Positions 17,957 through 27,156 of a stretch of 64,000 bases of DNA are shown piece after piece. How positions within the stretch are numbered: the stretch's first letter is position 1; every line of letters starts with the position of its first letter. The stretch comes from Ferroacidibacillus organovorans (lineage in GTDB: Bacteria > Bacillota > Bacilli > Alicyclobacillales > SLC66). The notes under the pieces are model-generated. The model was given only the letters and a program-made list of their open reading frames with translations. It had not been told where the DNA came from and ran no database searches. The DNA is taken from NCBI RefSeq assembly GCF_001642725.1, contig NZ_LSUQ01000003.1:62001-126000 (forward strand), read 5' to 3'. Both the position numbers and the translations under genes were made by a program.

Positions 17957-19945
17957 TTAATTTCCGCTTGCATTTTGTGCGGATGTAAAACTTGCGGCGA
18001 GTTTTGCGAAATCAGGAATTCCGAGCCCTGTACCCGGATTGAAAAGCGCGCCTTGCTGACCGGTGTAGTATAGATTGTCATTGCTTGTTCCGGATGCATC
18101 AAGCGGTGTGAAAGGTGAATTACTGGTTTGCGCGAATTGATAAATCTGCGGATTCCAGAAGCCGACACGTCCGCCCTGGCTCTGATTGATCAGCGCAGCG
18201 ACGCCGGCGAGTTGAGGCGCGACGAAGCTCGTGCCTCCGTACTGCGCCCACGGCGAGCCGTATGCGGAAGTAAATAAGGTAGAGTACACCGCATAGCCTG
18301 TCTGTGGATCTGCATTCATCGCGAGATCAGGCATTGCGCGGCCAGGTGAACTGCTCGTGATCACAGAGGGTGTGGGGTTAAATAGCCACGCGGTATTTCC
18401 ACTGATCGGTTTAAGATAAGGAACGGCGGAAAACTGACTTAGGCCGCTTGCGTGTTGCTCCTGGTGCATTGCTGTTGAAGAATTGTTAAAGGATGACTGA
18501 TACCAAGGCGCTGCGTACATCGAACTGTATCCGCCTCCACCGCCCGCCACCAACGCCTCAGCGAAACTTGTCTCACTTGACGCGCCAAACTGTTGCCAGT
18601 ACGGCCAGAGATAATCCCATCCCCACGCGCGTTCTTGTGGAACAGTGACGGAAAAACTTCCGTAATTTTGCGTTCCGGCAATCGTTGTTCCACCGGCTGC
18701 CGTGATATAAGGGCTGTCTGCGGGTGCATCGACAGAGCGTTGCGTCGTCCCCACATCCCGGCTGGCATCGTACGCCCCCGCGTCGCCCGCCGCCGCAAAC
18801 ATCGAGATGCCCTGCGCCGCCGCTTCCATCGCAATTTCATTGAAGACTTGATTGTAATTCGGTGATTCTTGTCCTGAAGCGATCGTTGCCTGAATGGCCG
18901 GCTCGCTCTCGCCCCAACTCGTAGAAATCGAACCTGCTTGATTGTCACTGACGGCCTGAAAGAATGCGTCGGCAAACCCATAATCCGTGTTCGGCGCTTG
19001 ATAAACGATGATGTTTGCCTGAGGTGCGAGGGCGCCCGACTGTTCGACGTCAAGGGTTGTTTCATCAGAACCGGTCTGAAGGGATACGGGGCCAGCACCG
19101 CCGTCGACATTCACCAGATTGATGCGATTGGGGGATGTCGTGAGTCCGAGAGTGTTCCAAAAGCTGTAAACGTCACTCGGGTTTACACTCGCGAGTGTCA
19201 CGATGCCGATCGTCTGCCCTTGTCCATAATCATTTGCCTTGTAGAGTGGATTCACATTGTAGTGAGATGCGACGAACGCTGGCGTCAATTCACCTGGTGG
19301 GACAGACGTTGACGAGGTTGACTTTGCTCGCACGAGTTGAGGCAGCGGTTTTACAGCGTGACTCGCGAAATTACCATAATTCGTAAGGCCGAGTACGGCA
19401 AGAATTGGCTGCGCAAGATTTCCAGGCATTTTCGGCGCTTCTTTTGTACCGTGGAACTTCTTGCCGCCAAAAATCATGTTTTGTAGCTGCACGGAAAATG
19501 CCTGATTAAATTGCCCGGCGGTTCCGTTTGCAGTGATCGCGAGATGATTCGCAAAAACGGTTGTGGAGATTCCATACTGGGAAAGATAGTTGGTGATCGC
19601 CTGAATGACGACTTCAGGCTGACCGAATTGATTCGCGAATTGCTCGACGCTTAAGAATTGGTGGTAGTTTGAACTTCCCGGTGTGGTCGTCTGCTGAATG
19701 TAGGATTGAAGCGCCTGCGTGTTAACGGTGTTTAGCGCGATGGTTACGGTGACTGGGGTATTTGCAGGCGTTGTTCCAAAGACGGTCGCGTTGTTTAAAA
19801 CGGCGTCGCCAACGCCTTGCGGCACATTCACATCTTGTGTGTCTGCGTGTGCGGCGGTCAGTCCCGCCAGCGGCCAGATGGTGCTTGCCAGAAGCGCACT
19901 CGTCGCAGTCAGGGTACGCAATTTTCGCGTGATGGTCAAGAACAT
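17957..19945 (-). CDS. Secreted S53 serine-carboxyl protease (kumamolisin/sedolisin-like) with pro-domain
   Basis: Signal peptide AHA; pro-domain YHQFLSVEQFANQFG; catalytic ETTLD, AAGDAG, GGTS; C-terminal GTGLGIP. Confidence 0.92.
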   Translation of the reverse strand: MFLTITRKLRTLTATSALLASTIWPLAGLTAAHADTQDVNVPQGVGDAVLNNATVFGTTPANTPVTVTIALNTVNTQALQSYIQQTTTPGSSNYHQFLSVEQFANQFGQPEVVIQAITNYLSQYGISTTVFANHLAITANGTAGQFNQAFSVQLQNMIFGGKKFHGTKEAPKMPGNLAQPILAVLGLTNYGNFASHAVKPLPQLVRAKSTSSTSVPPGELTPAFVASHYNVNPLYKANDYGQGQTIGIVTLASVNPSDVYSFWNTLGLTTSPNRINLVNVDGGAGPVSLQTGSDETTLDVEQSGALAPQANIIVYQAPNTDYGFADAFFQAVSDNQAGSISTSWGESEPAIQATIASGQESPNYNQVFNEIAMEAAAQGISMFAAAGDAGAYDASRDVGTTQRSVDAPADSPYITAAGGTTIAGTQNYGSFSVTVPQERAWGWDYLWPYWQQFGASSETSFAEALVAGGGGGYSSMYAAPWYQSSFNNSSTAMHQEQHASGLSQFSAVPYLKPISGNTAWLFNPTPSVITSSSPGRAMPDLAMNADPQTGYAVYSTLFTSAYGSPWAQYGGTSFVAPQLAGVAALINQSQGGRVGFWNPQIYQFAQTSNSPFTPLDASGTSNDNLYYTGQQGALFNPGTGLGIPDFAKLAASFTSAQNASGN

Positions 19946-19997
19946 CAAACCTCCCGATCTTAGACAATTTTTTGAAAGTTTCATTCCAAGAAAATGT

Positions 19998-20024
19998 ATT
20001 CGCGATCAGGGCGCAGATTCCTGC
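19998..20024 (-). promoter_or_regulatory. SigH-like promoter of the S53 protease
   Basis: Minus strand GCAGGA-N17-GAAT. Confidence 0.5.
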
Positions 20025-20125
20025 AAACCAGGCATTCTTTGTGCCGAGAATAGAAAAATGGGCTGGCACGCATATTGATACCGTTTTAACGATCAGGATC
20101 GACGCGATCAAGGGGTTGATGGACA

Positions 20126-21772
20126 GTGACGATGACGGTTGAGGAGAGGCTTTTGCTCGGCAAGCGATACGAAGGCATCAGTCCGTTTGAGTTTAAAAAT
20201 GAACTCATCTCGCTCGCTGAGGGCAAACAGAAAAAGAGCGCGCGCGCCATGCTAAACGCGGGACGCGGCAATCCGAACTGGATCGCGGCCACGGCGCGCG
20301 AAGCCTTTTTCGCGTTGGGCCAGTTTGCGGTGGATGAGGCAAAATTGACCCTTGAGGCGGGTGATCTTGCAGGGATGCCCAGTCGCCGCGGTGTTTTTGC
20401 GCGATTTGAAGCGTATCACGCGAGTCATCGCGATCATCCGGGGATGGATCTTCTCGCAAAAATCATCACCTATGGGATCCATCAGTTCGATTTTGACCCG
20501 GACGATTGGCTCTTTGAATTGGTGGATGGGATTATCGGCGATCACTATCCCGTGCCTGATCGCATGTTGCGATACACGGAACGCGTGGTAAACGCGTATC
20601 TCATGCAAGAACTCTGTGACAATAAGCCGCCAGAGGGTGAATATAAACTCTTTGCAGTAGAGGGTGCCACGGCGGCAATGTGTTACATTTTTCAGTCTCT
20701 GCTTGAGAATGAGTTGCTTGCACGCGGCGATCGCATCGCGATCATGGTGCCCATTTTTCCACCCTATGTCGAGATCCCTCATCTCGCCGAGTACCATTTT
20801 GACATCGTAGAGATTCACGCGTCAGGAACAGCGGATGACGGTGAACACACCTGGCAGTATCCGGCGCAAGAGATTGACAAATTGAGAGATCCCTCGATTC
20901 GCGCGCTCTTTTTGGTGAATCCAAGCAATCCACCATCGGTTGCCATCGACCAAAGTACGATGAGCTCGCTCATCGACACGATTAAGCGTCACAACCCACA
21001 GCTCATGATCATCACCGATGACGTGTACAGCACGTTTGTCGAACATTTTCGATCGCTTATGGCGGATTTGCCGTATCACACGATTGGCGTCTATTCTTAT
21101 TCCAAGTATTTTGGCGTGACAGGGTGGCGCCTCGGAGTAATTGCGATTCACGAGAAAAATGTGTTTGACGATCGGCTTTTGCAACAAACAGAACCACAAA
21201 AAAAGCGACTCAACGCGCGCTACTCTTCACTGACAACTACGCCTGAGCAATTGCGCTTCATTGATCGGATGGTCGCCGACAGTCGGCAAGTCGCACTCAA
21301 TCACACCGCAGGGCTATCGACGCCCCAGCAGGTGCAAATGGCACTGTTTTCAGTATTCGCCATGTTGCCAGAAGGGCTTTCGTACCGAAAGCAGACACGC
21401 GAAATCTGCCACAAACGCATGCGATTGCTCTATGAAGGGCTTGGTCTTCCCCTTCCACAGTTGCCGAATGACGCCGACTATTATACGCAGTTTGATCTCG
21501 CGAAATGGGCCGTAATGCACTACGGACAAGGGTTTGCTGACTATCTCACTGCGACGTACAGTCCCGTAGATATCTTGCTTCGCCTTGCCGAGCAATCTTC
21601 CATTGTCCTTTTAAACGGTGGGGGATTTTATGGACCCGCGTGGTCGATTCGCGTTTCGCTTGCGAATCTGTCTGATGACGACTATGCCAAAATCGGTCGT
21701 GCGCTTCACGCGGCACTCGAAACGTATGTGCTGGAGTGGCGCGAAGCGGGTGGAACGACGGGCGGTTCGTAA
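20126..21772 (+). CDS. aspD: Aspartate 4-decarboxylase (PLP, bifunctional aminotransferase)
   Basis: SPFEFKNEL, LNAGRGNPNW, VNPSNPPS, YSYSKYFG (PLP Lys), VALNHTAGLSTPQQ. Confidence 0.9.
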   Translation: MTMTVEERLLLGKRYEGISPFEFKNELISLAEGKQKKSARAMLNAGRGNPNWIAATAREAFFALGQFAVDEAKLTLEAGDLAGMPSRRGVFARFEAYHASHRDHPGMDLLAKIITYGIHQFDFDPDDWLFELVDGIIGDHYPVPDRMLRYTERVVNAYLMQELCDNKPPEGEYKLFAVEGATAAMCYIFQSLLENELLARGDRIAIMVPIFPPYVEIPHLAEYHFDIVEIHASGTADDGEHTWQYPAQEIDKLRDPSIRALFLVNPSNPPSVAIDQSTMSSLIDTIKRHNPQLMIITDDVYSTFVEHFRSLMADLPYHTIGVYSYSKYFGVTGWRLGVIAIHEKNVFDDRLLQQTEPQKKRLNARYSSLTTTPEQLRFIDRMVADSRQVALNHTAGLSTPQQVQMALFSVFAMLPEGLSYRKQTREICHKRMRLLYEGLGLPLPQLPNDADYYTQFDLAKWAVMHYGQGFADYLTATYSPVDILLRLAEQSSIVLLNGGGFYGPAWSIRVSLANLSDDDYAKIGRALHAALETYVLEWREAGGTTGGS

Positions 21773-21864
21773 ACGCATACCTGCGTCAATAAATACCTCT
21801 TGTGTCCAATCCTTCTGTACCGTACGATGAGAGAGAGGGATATGGTAAAAGAAGGGGTTCTCGC

Positions 21865-22383
21865 ATGACTTCGCTTCACGCAAGTGTCGGTATACTCTTT
21901 GGTGTAATCGCAGTTTCGATTCTTTTGCGCGTGCGGCGTTTGACGACGTTTCGTCCACTGATCCCTGTTCAAGTGATGACGAGAATTGTCGTCAGTACGA
22001 TTCTTTTAGCGATACCACTCGTCACCCAGGGCGCCCTGCGCTTTCCAGGGTTCGTCGGATATGGAATGGGGATTCTCGGCGGCGCTGTCCTGAGCACGCT
22101 TGCACTAAAAACAGCCGTTTTTCAAGACCGCGAAGGAACGCTTACCTACCGGGTTCACGGTGCGATCGGCAGTGTTGTGACACTTTTGTTTCTTGTGCGG
22201 ATCGCCTTTCGCTATTTGCTTCCTTCCTCCTCGCTGCACACCTCACTCATGAATGATCCGTGGAGTCTTGGAACGTACGCACTTTTGTTCAGTTATAATG
22301 CTGCACTCTCTGTGCGGCTGTGGCAAAAACTAAAAGCGAGAAAAAACGCGATCGCCTTTTCAGATCAGGGGATGGATCAATGA
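21865..22383 (+). CDS. CcdC/DUF1453-like membrane protein
   Basis: About 170 aa, about 5 TM, RVRRL..FRP and LFLVRIAFRY patterns. Confidence 0.55.
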   Translation: MTSLHASVGILFGVIAVSILLRVRRLTTFRPLIPVQVMTRIVVSTILLAIPLVTQGALRFPGFVGYGMGILGGAVLSTLALKTAVFQDREGTLTYRVHGAIGSVVTLLFLVRIAFRYLLPSSSLHTSLMNDPWSLGTYALLFSYNAALSVRLWQKLKARKNAIAFSDQGMDQ

Positions 22384-23444
22384 ATACTGCGTTTACAGAT
22401 CGTTTTGGTATTCGCTATCCAATCGTTCAGGCGCCGATGGCAGGCGGGCCGACGACGCCTGAGATGGTGATTGCAGTGAGTGAAGCTGGGGGGCTCGGTT
22501 CGCTTGCGGGCGGATATGTGACGCCGGATGTTCTATCACAGCAGATTAGCGTGGTGCGAGCGAACACAGACAACCCGTTTGCGGTCAACCTTTTTGTGCC
22601 TGCAAATCCGGACGTGACCGCTGACGCACAGGCGATGTGGGATGCATTGCAAGGTGCGCGCGAAGCGCTCGGCATTTTTACTTCAATGCCTGCGTGGAGT
22701 GCGGATGACCACTTTTTGGAAAAGGTGCAGATTGTGCTGAGTCAGCGCGTGCCGATCGTCAGTTTTACATTCGGCATTCCAGACGCTGCGGTGCTGCATC
22801 GTTTTAAAGAAGAAGGCCGATTGCTCGTCGGCAGCGCGACATCTGTGGCCGAAGCGCGCCAGCTTGAGGCGAGCGGAATGGATGCGATTGTCGCGCAGGG
22901 AAGTGAGGCAGGGGGACACCGCGGAACGTTTTTCGGAGATAGGCGCCCGACACTCATCGGAACGATAGCGCTCACGCCGCAGATCGTTGACGCGGTAAAC
23001 ATTCCTGTTCTCGCGGCAGGCGGCGTGATGGATGGGCGGGGGCTTGCGGCGGTGCTCGCGCTTGGCGCGGCTGGAGCGCAGATGGGTACGGCTTTTTTAC
23101 GGGCCAAAGAGAGTGGTGCGAGTGCGTTATTACAGCGTGCGCTGGTCGAACGTGAGGAGACGGAGACGGTTGTGACGCGCGCACTCACTGGGAAGTACGC
23201 GCGCGGGTTTCACACAACCTTTATCGAGCAGTTGGAAAAGGGCGAAGTTCCTATTCCTGATTACCCGATTCAGCACGCGTTGACAAGCCCAATTCGCAAG
23301 GCGGCCGCCGCGTCTGGAGAGGTATCGTTTATGTCCCTGTGGGCGGGTCAAGGGCATCGGATGGCAGCGTCACTGGGCGCCGGCGATCTCGTTGTGCGCT
23401 TTGCGCAGGAAGCGGCAGAGATTTTTGCACGGTTCTCTGAGTGA
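22380..23444 (+). CDS. Nitronate monooxygenase-family FMN oxidoreductase
   Basis: PIVQAPMAGG, QGSEAGGHRG, AAGGVMDGRG, GAQMGTAFL, SLWAGQ. Confidence 0.9.
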   Translation: MNTAFTDRFGIRYPIVQAPMAGGPTTPEMVIAVSEAGGLGSLAGGYVTPDVLSQQISVVRANTDNPFAVNLFVPANPDVTADAQAMWDALQGAREALGIFTSMPAWSADDHFLEKVQIVLSQRVPIVSFTFGIPDAAVLHRFKEEGRLLVGSATSVAEARQLEASGMDAIVAQGSEAGGHRGTFFGDRRPTLIGTIALTPQIVDAVNIPVLAAGGVMDGRGLAAVLALGAAGAQMGTAFLRAKESGASALLQRALVEREETETVVTRALTGKYARGFHTTFIEQLEKGEVPIPDYPIQHALTSPIRKAAAASGEVSFMSLWAGQGHRMAASLGAGDLVVRFAQEAAEIFARFSE

Positions 23445-24501
23445 GTGACAGAATGAGCTCACGGATTGTCTGTGCAATGACGATCAGGAAGAAACCCCAG
23501 AGTAGATAGAATTGTAGCGCTCCTGCGACGCGCAAAACAGCAGGCTCACCTAACAGCATTGCGAGTGAGAATGTCCCTGTCGTAAAGCTGCCGAGCGGAA
23601 AGACATAACTCCACCAGCCGAGGTGGTGTTTGAGACCATCTCCGCGGCGTGTGAGATGATAGATCGAGAAAAAGGACGCGGTGATGATCCACCAGAATCC
23701 GATCCCATACATGCCGCAAGAGACGAGAATCGCGAGTGTTTTTAGCACACTGCCGCTGAGAACGGACAGTGCAGACGAATGAATTGCGAGATTGGAGAGC
23801 GTCGCCATGGACATGCCGATGGGGCCGATTTCAATAAAGAGACTGGGCGCTTCAAAGCCGCCGATGCGCGCATGGTGTGTGAGGCGCGATACAACGAATA
23901 CGCTCATGACAAGAAAGAAAAAGAGGGTCAGGCCAAACAAGGCAAGGATGGCAAGTGTCATGTCAAGGCGCATGGACGAATTTACGAAATACGGCAGTAG
24001 ATTTGCTCCTGTGGCTGCCGCAACGATCGGCGGTACAACGGGAATCAGCCATGCTGCGCGTGTGTGCTCTAAGGATTTTTCACGGCGTAAAAAGAGTACG
24101 ATCGGTACAGCGAGCACGGAGAATAAAGAAGCGACACAGCCAATCAACCAAATCGCCTTGCTGAGCGCGATGGCAAATGATGCGTAGGTGGCGTGAGCAC
24201 CAAGGATGAGCACGTCGTTTCCGACAACGTTGATTGCCATGGCAAACGCGCCGTAAAACAAGGTGCGCGCCGGATCGAGAAAGTCTTTCAGAGATTTCCT
24301 TGGGTGAATCACCAGTTGAAAGAGGAGAATCAGTGTCGCCGCGACAAGCAGTGTGCCGTCGATCCCTGCCAGCGTATTTGACAGTAGCGCGCGCGCCGGT
24401 ACATAAAACGGAGCGGTGGCAGAGAGCCCAGCGACAATCCCGATGCCCATGACGATCGTGAACCATTGGGTGTGAAACTCAAAAAGCAATCGCTTCATCA
24501 T
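23329..24501 (-). CDS. TDT/SLAC1-family anion channel or exporter (TehA/Ssu1/Mae1-like)
   Basis: WFTIVMGIG, WLIPVVPPIVAAATG, IGPIG, WWSYVFPLG; about 10 TM. Confidence 0.85.
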   Translation of the reverse strand: MMKRLLFEFHTQWFTIVMGIGIVAGLSATAPFYVPARALLSNTLAGIDGTLLVAATLILLFQLVIHPRKSLKDFLDPARTLFYGAFAMAINVVGNDVLILGAHATYASFAIALSKAIWLIGCVASLFSVLAVPIVLFLRREKSLEHTRAAWLIPVVPPIVAAATGANLLPYFVNSSMRLDMTLAILALFGLTLFFFLVMSVFVVSRLTHHARIGGFEAPSLFIEIGPIGMSMATLSNLAIHSSALSVLSGSVLKTLAILVSCGMYGIGFWWIITASFFSIYHLTRRGDGLKHHLGWWSYVFPLGSFTTGTFSLAMLLGEPAVLRVAGALQFYLLWGFFLIVIAQTIRELILSLTQRTVQKSLPLPAQSAQRDRRRPVTLPSDALDPPTGT

Positions 24502-24554
24502 CCTTGTAACCTCCAGCAATGAGTTGTTATGAATACTTTAAAGCGTATCGAAGA

Positions 24555-24600
24555 ATAAGTAAAATAGATATAACGTATATAATTTATAACTAAATCTTAT
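24555..24600. promoter_or_regulatory. LysR recognition boxes in the divergent TDT/LysR intergenic region
   Basis: ATAA-N7-TTAT at 24586-24600 and a weaker copy ATAA-N7-AGAT at 24555-24569. Confidence 0.55.
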
Positions 24601-24628
24601 CGATCTTATCGTGCTGAGGAGAATGAAA

Positions 24629-25558
24629 ATGGATGATCGTTTACGCGTCTTTTTAACGGTGTCCGAATGCAGGAGTTTTTCCAAGGCGGCAGAGCGTCTG
24701 CCCATGTCTCAGCCTGCGGTCACACAGTGCATCAAAAGCATCGAGCGCGATCTGGACGTGCAGTTGTTCGATCGTTCGCACCGCACGGTGCGTCTGACAC
24801 GTGCGGGAGACATCGTTCTTGCATACGCAGAACAGATGGATCGCTTGGATCGACAAATGCGTTCTGTCCTTCAAGAGATGACGACAGGAATCTCAGGACT
24901 TTTCTCGGTCGGCGCAAGTTTTACCTATGGCGAGTACGTACTTCCGCGTGTGCTTGCCGCTTTCCGTCTCAAACACGCTGAAGTCTTACCGAGTGTGACC
25001 ATTGGAAATTCGCAAAAGGTTGAGCAGTTGCTTCACGATGGGAAATTAGATCTGGGCATCATTGAGGCAGACCCAAAGCTTGCGGGTCTCGCGCAATACA
25101 CCCTTTTCTCTGATCGACTTTATGTGGTACGTTCAGGCGAATTGGATCAAAGTCGTGAGAGAGGGCACAAAGCCCATGCGCTTCCTGAGGAGACGTGGCT
25201 CGTACGCGAGGCTGGATCAGGAACGCGGCAAGTGTTTGATGCTTGGCAGTCTGAGTCTTTGGTGACGCCGCATCGTTTGATTGAATTGGGGAGCACACAG
25301 GCGATAAAAGAGGGGGTGGCGGCGGGGCTCGGAATTGCGATTCTGTCAGAGTTGTCGATTCAAGATGAGTTGCGCCAAGGCACCTTTAGGATCGCCGATG
25401 TGAAGGGGTTTCCGCGGGTGAGGAATTTTACGATGCTGTCTGCGGAAAACACATTTGAACCGATGGTGGTCAAAGCGTACAGAGACTTTACCATGGCGTG
25501 GGGACATCCGGTGATCCACGCATTACATGAAACATCCGACAAGGAGGGTGAGGTATGA
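24629..25558 (+). CDS. LysR-family regulator (CysL/YeiE-like)
   Basis: SFSKAAERL..SQPAVT HTH; GASFTYGEYVLP, REAGSGTR, ELGSTQAIKEGV. Confidence 0.88.
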   Translation: MDDRLRVFLTVSECRSFSKAAERLPMSQPAVTQCIKSIERDLDVQLFDRSHRTVRLTRAGDIVLAYAEQMDRLDRQMRSVLQEMTTGISGLFSVGASFTYGEYVLPRVLAAFRLKHAEVLPSVTIGNSQKVEQLLHDGKLDLGIIEADPKLAGLAQYTLFSDRLYVVRSGELDQSRERGHKAHALPEETWLVREAGSGTRQVFDAWQSESLVTPHRLIELGSTQAIKEGVAAGLGIAILSELSIQDELRQGTFRIADVKGFPRVRNFTMLSAENTFEPMVVKAYRDFTMAWGHPVIHALHETSDKEGEV

Positions 25559-26538
25559 AACCGATTCGCTTTGGCATTCTCGGCGCGGCGCGCATTGCCG
25601 CAAACCAGTTAATTCCTGCCATGAGAGACACGCCGGGCGTAGAAGTCACCGCGCTCGCGAGTCGCGATGAGGCGCGAGGTCTCGCATTTGCAAAGAGGTT
25701 TGACATTCCGAATGTATATTCATCGTATGAGGCGCTCCTGCGTGATCCACACATTGATGCTGTCTATATTCCACTGCCGAATCACCTGCACGCTCCGATG
25801 ACCCTGCTGGCGGCAGCGCACGGGAAACACGTTTTGTGTGAGAAGCCGGCTGCGCGAAGCGCGACCGAGGCGGTGCAGATGATCGCCGCATGCCGAGAAC
25901 ATGGTGTGATTTTTCGCGAAGCGTTTATGTATCCGCATCATCATCAGTGGAAGAGGGTCCACGAAATTGTCGCGTCTGGAGAAATCGGCACAATCCGCGC
26001 CGTACACGCCGCGTTCTCTTTTCCGCTAAACCGTGATGTCGACATTCGTCTGAATTCGGAGATGGGAGGCGGCGCGCTCTATGACGTAGGATGCTATGCG
26101 GTGCATGCTGTGCGTACTTTTTTGGGAAAGGAAGAGCCGGAGAGCGTGACGGCGTCAGGTTTTTTTTATGAAGATGGCGTGGTGGATCAGACCATTGTTG
26201 CGATTCTCCAATTTTCAGGAGGGCGCTTTGGCTATCTCGATTGTTCTTTTTCTTTCGCGGATCGTCAACGCGTAGAAATTATCGGAGATCAAGGCTCCAT
26301 CGTCGTACGCTATCCATTTCGCCCAGATAAAGGATCGCCGGATTTGCGCATCGACACACCACACGCTCAGCGCGTGGAGACCTTGGCGCATGACGCGATG
26401 TATCGCGCGATGGTCGAGTCGTTTGCGGATGCGATCCGAACGGGCCGCTCTCTCACGGAGGAAGAAGAGGGAACGATTCAAAACATGATGTGGATGGATT
26501 TGATTTATGATGCTGCAGGAAGGAAGATGAAAGAATAG
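25555..26538 (+). CDS. Gfo/Idh/MocA-family oxidoreductase
   Basis: GILGAARIA, YIPLPNHLH, HVLCEKP, GGGALYDVGCY. Confidence 0.9.
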   Translation: MKPIRFGILGAARIAANQLIPAMRDTPGVEVTALASRDEARGLAFAKRFDIPNVYSSYEALLRDPHIDAVYIPLPNHLHAPMTLLAAAHGKHVLCEKPAARSATEAVQMIAACREHGVIFREAFMYPHHHQWKRVHEIVASGEIGTIRAVHAAFSFPLNRDVDIRLNSEMGGGALYDVGCYAVHAVRTFLGKEEPESVTASGFFYEDGVVDQTIVAILQFSGGRFGYLDCSFSFADRQRVEIIGDQGSIVVRYPFRPDKGSPDLRIDTPHAQRVETLAHDAMYRAMVESFADAIRTGRSLTEEEEGTIQNMMWMDLIYDAAGRKMKE

Positions 26539-26608
26539 TCGTTAGTACAAGACATAAATGCATGCGTCTTGAATCTTGTCGATGAGTGGTTTGGAGAGGG
26601 TGAGAAAC

Positions 26609-27115
26609 GTGGTTGAAAATGAACAGTTGGAGATGAATTCTACGTCGCCAGACTCTGATGAACGACAGGAGTCCAATATGATTCGGGATTTTTTACGCAG
26701 AATAAGAAATTGGATTCGCCAAGGTCTAAACAGAATAGGAAATAAGATCCGCCAAATTAATGGGTGGATTTCGGAGCGACTCTCGAATTGGCTAGCGACC
26801 ATGTGGACGTTCTGGATCTTAACGTTACTGATTGTTTCGACGCTGCTGATCCAGCTTCCGAATGGAGCGCAGGGCTGGATTCTCTTTGTCGTATCCGTGT
26901 TCTTTCAGGGTGTTGCTCTTCCGGTGCTGGCGCTTGTCAGCAACCGTCAGGGCGATCGAATGGAGTCCGTTTTGCGCGAGACGCACGACGTGGTTCTCGA
27001 TGAATTGCGTGAGCTTCGCGCCATGCACGAAGAATTGGCCGCGCGAAACAACGACCTGCTTGCGCGTTTTGAAAGGCTGTCTTCTGTAGAAGCGAAGATC
27101 GACAAAGACGCATAA
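26609..27115 (+). CDS. Small 2-TM membrane protein with C-terminal coiled coil (DUF1003-like); start uncertain
   Basis: WLATMWTFWI...SVFFQGVALPVLALVSNRQ then a coiled coil. Confidence 0.55.
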   Translation: MVENEQLEMNSTSPDSDERQESNMIRDFLRRIRNWIRQGLNRIGNKIRQINGWISERLSNWLATMWTFWILTLLIVSTLLIQLPNGAQGWILFVVSVFFQGVALPVLALVSNRQGDRMESVLRETHDVVLDELRELRAMHEELAARNNDLLARFERLSSVEAKIDKDA

Positions 27116-27156
27116 ATGCGCTGTGCCGATCTTCGCAAGATGACCTTCCGCTTTCT

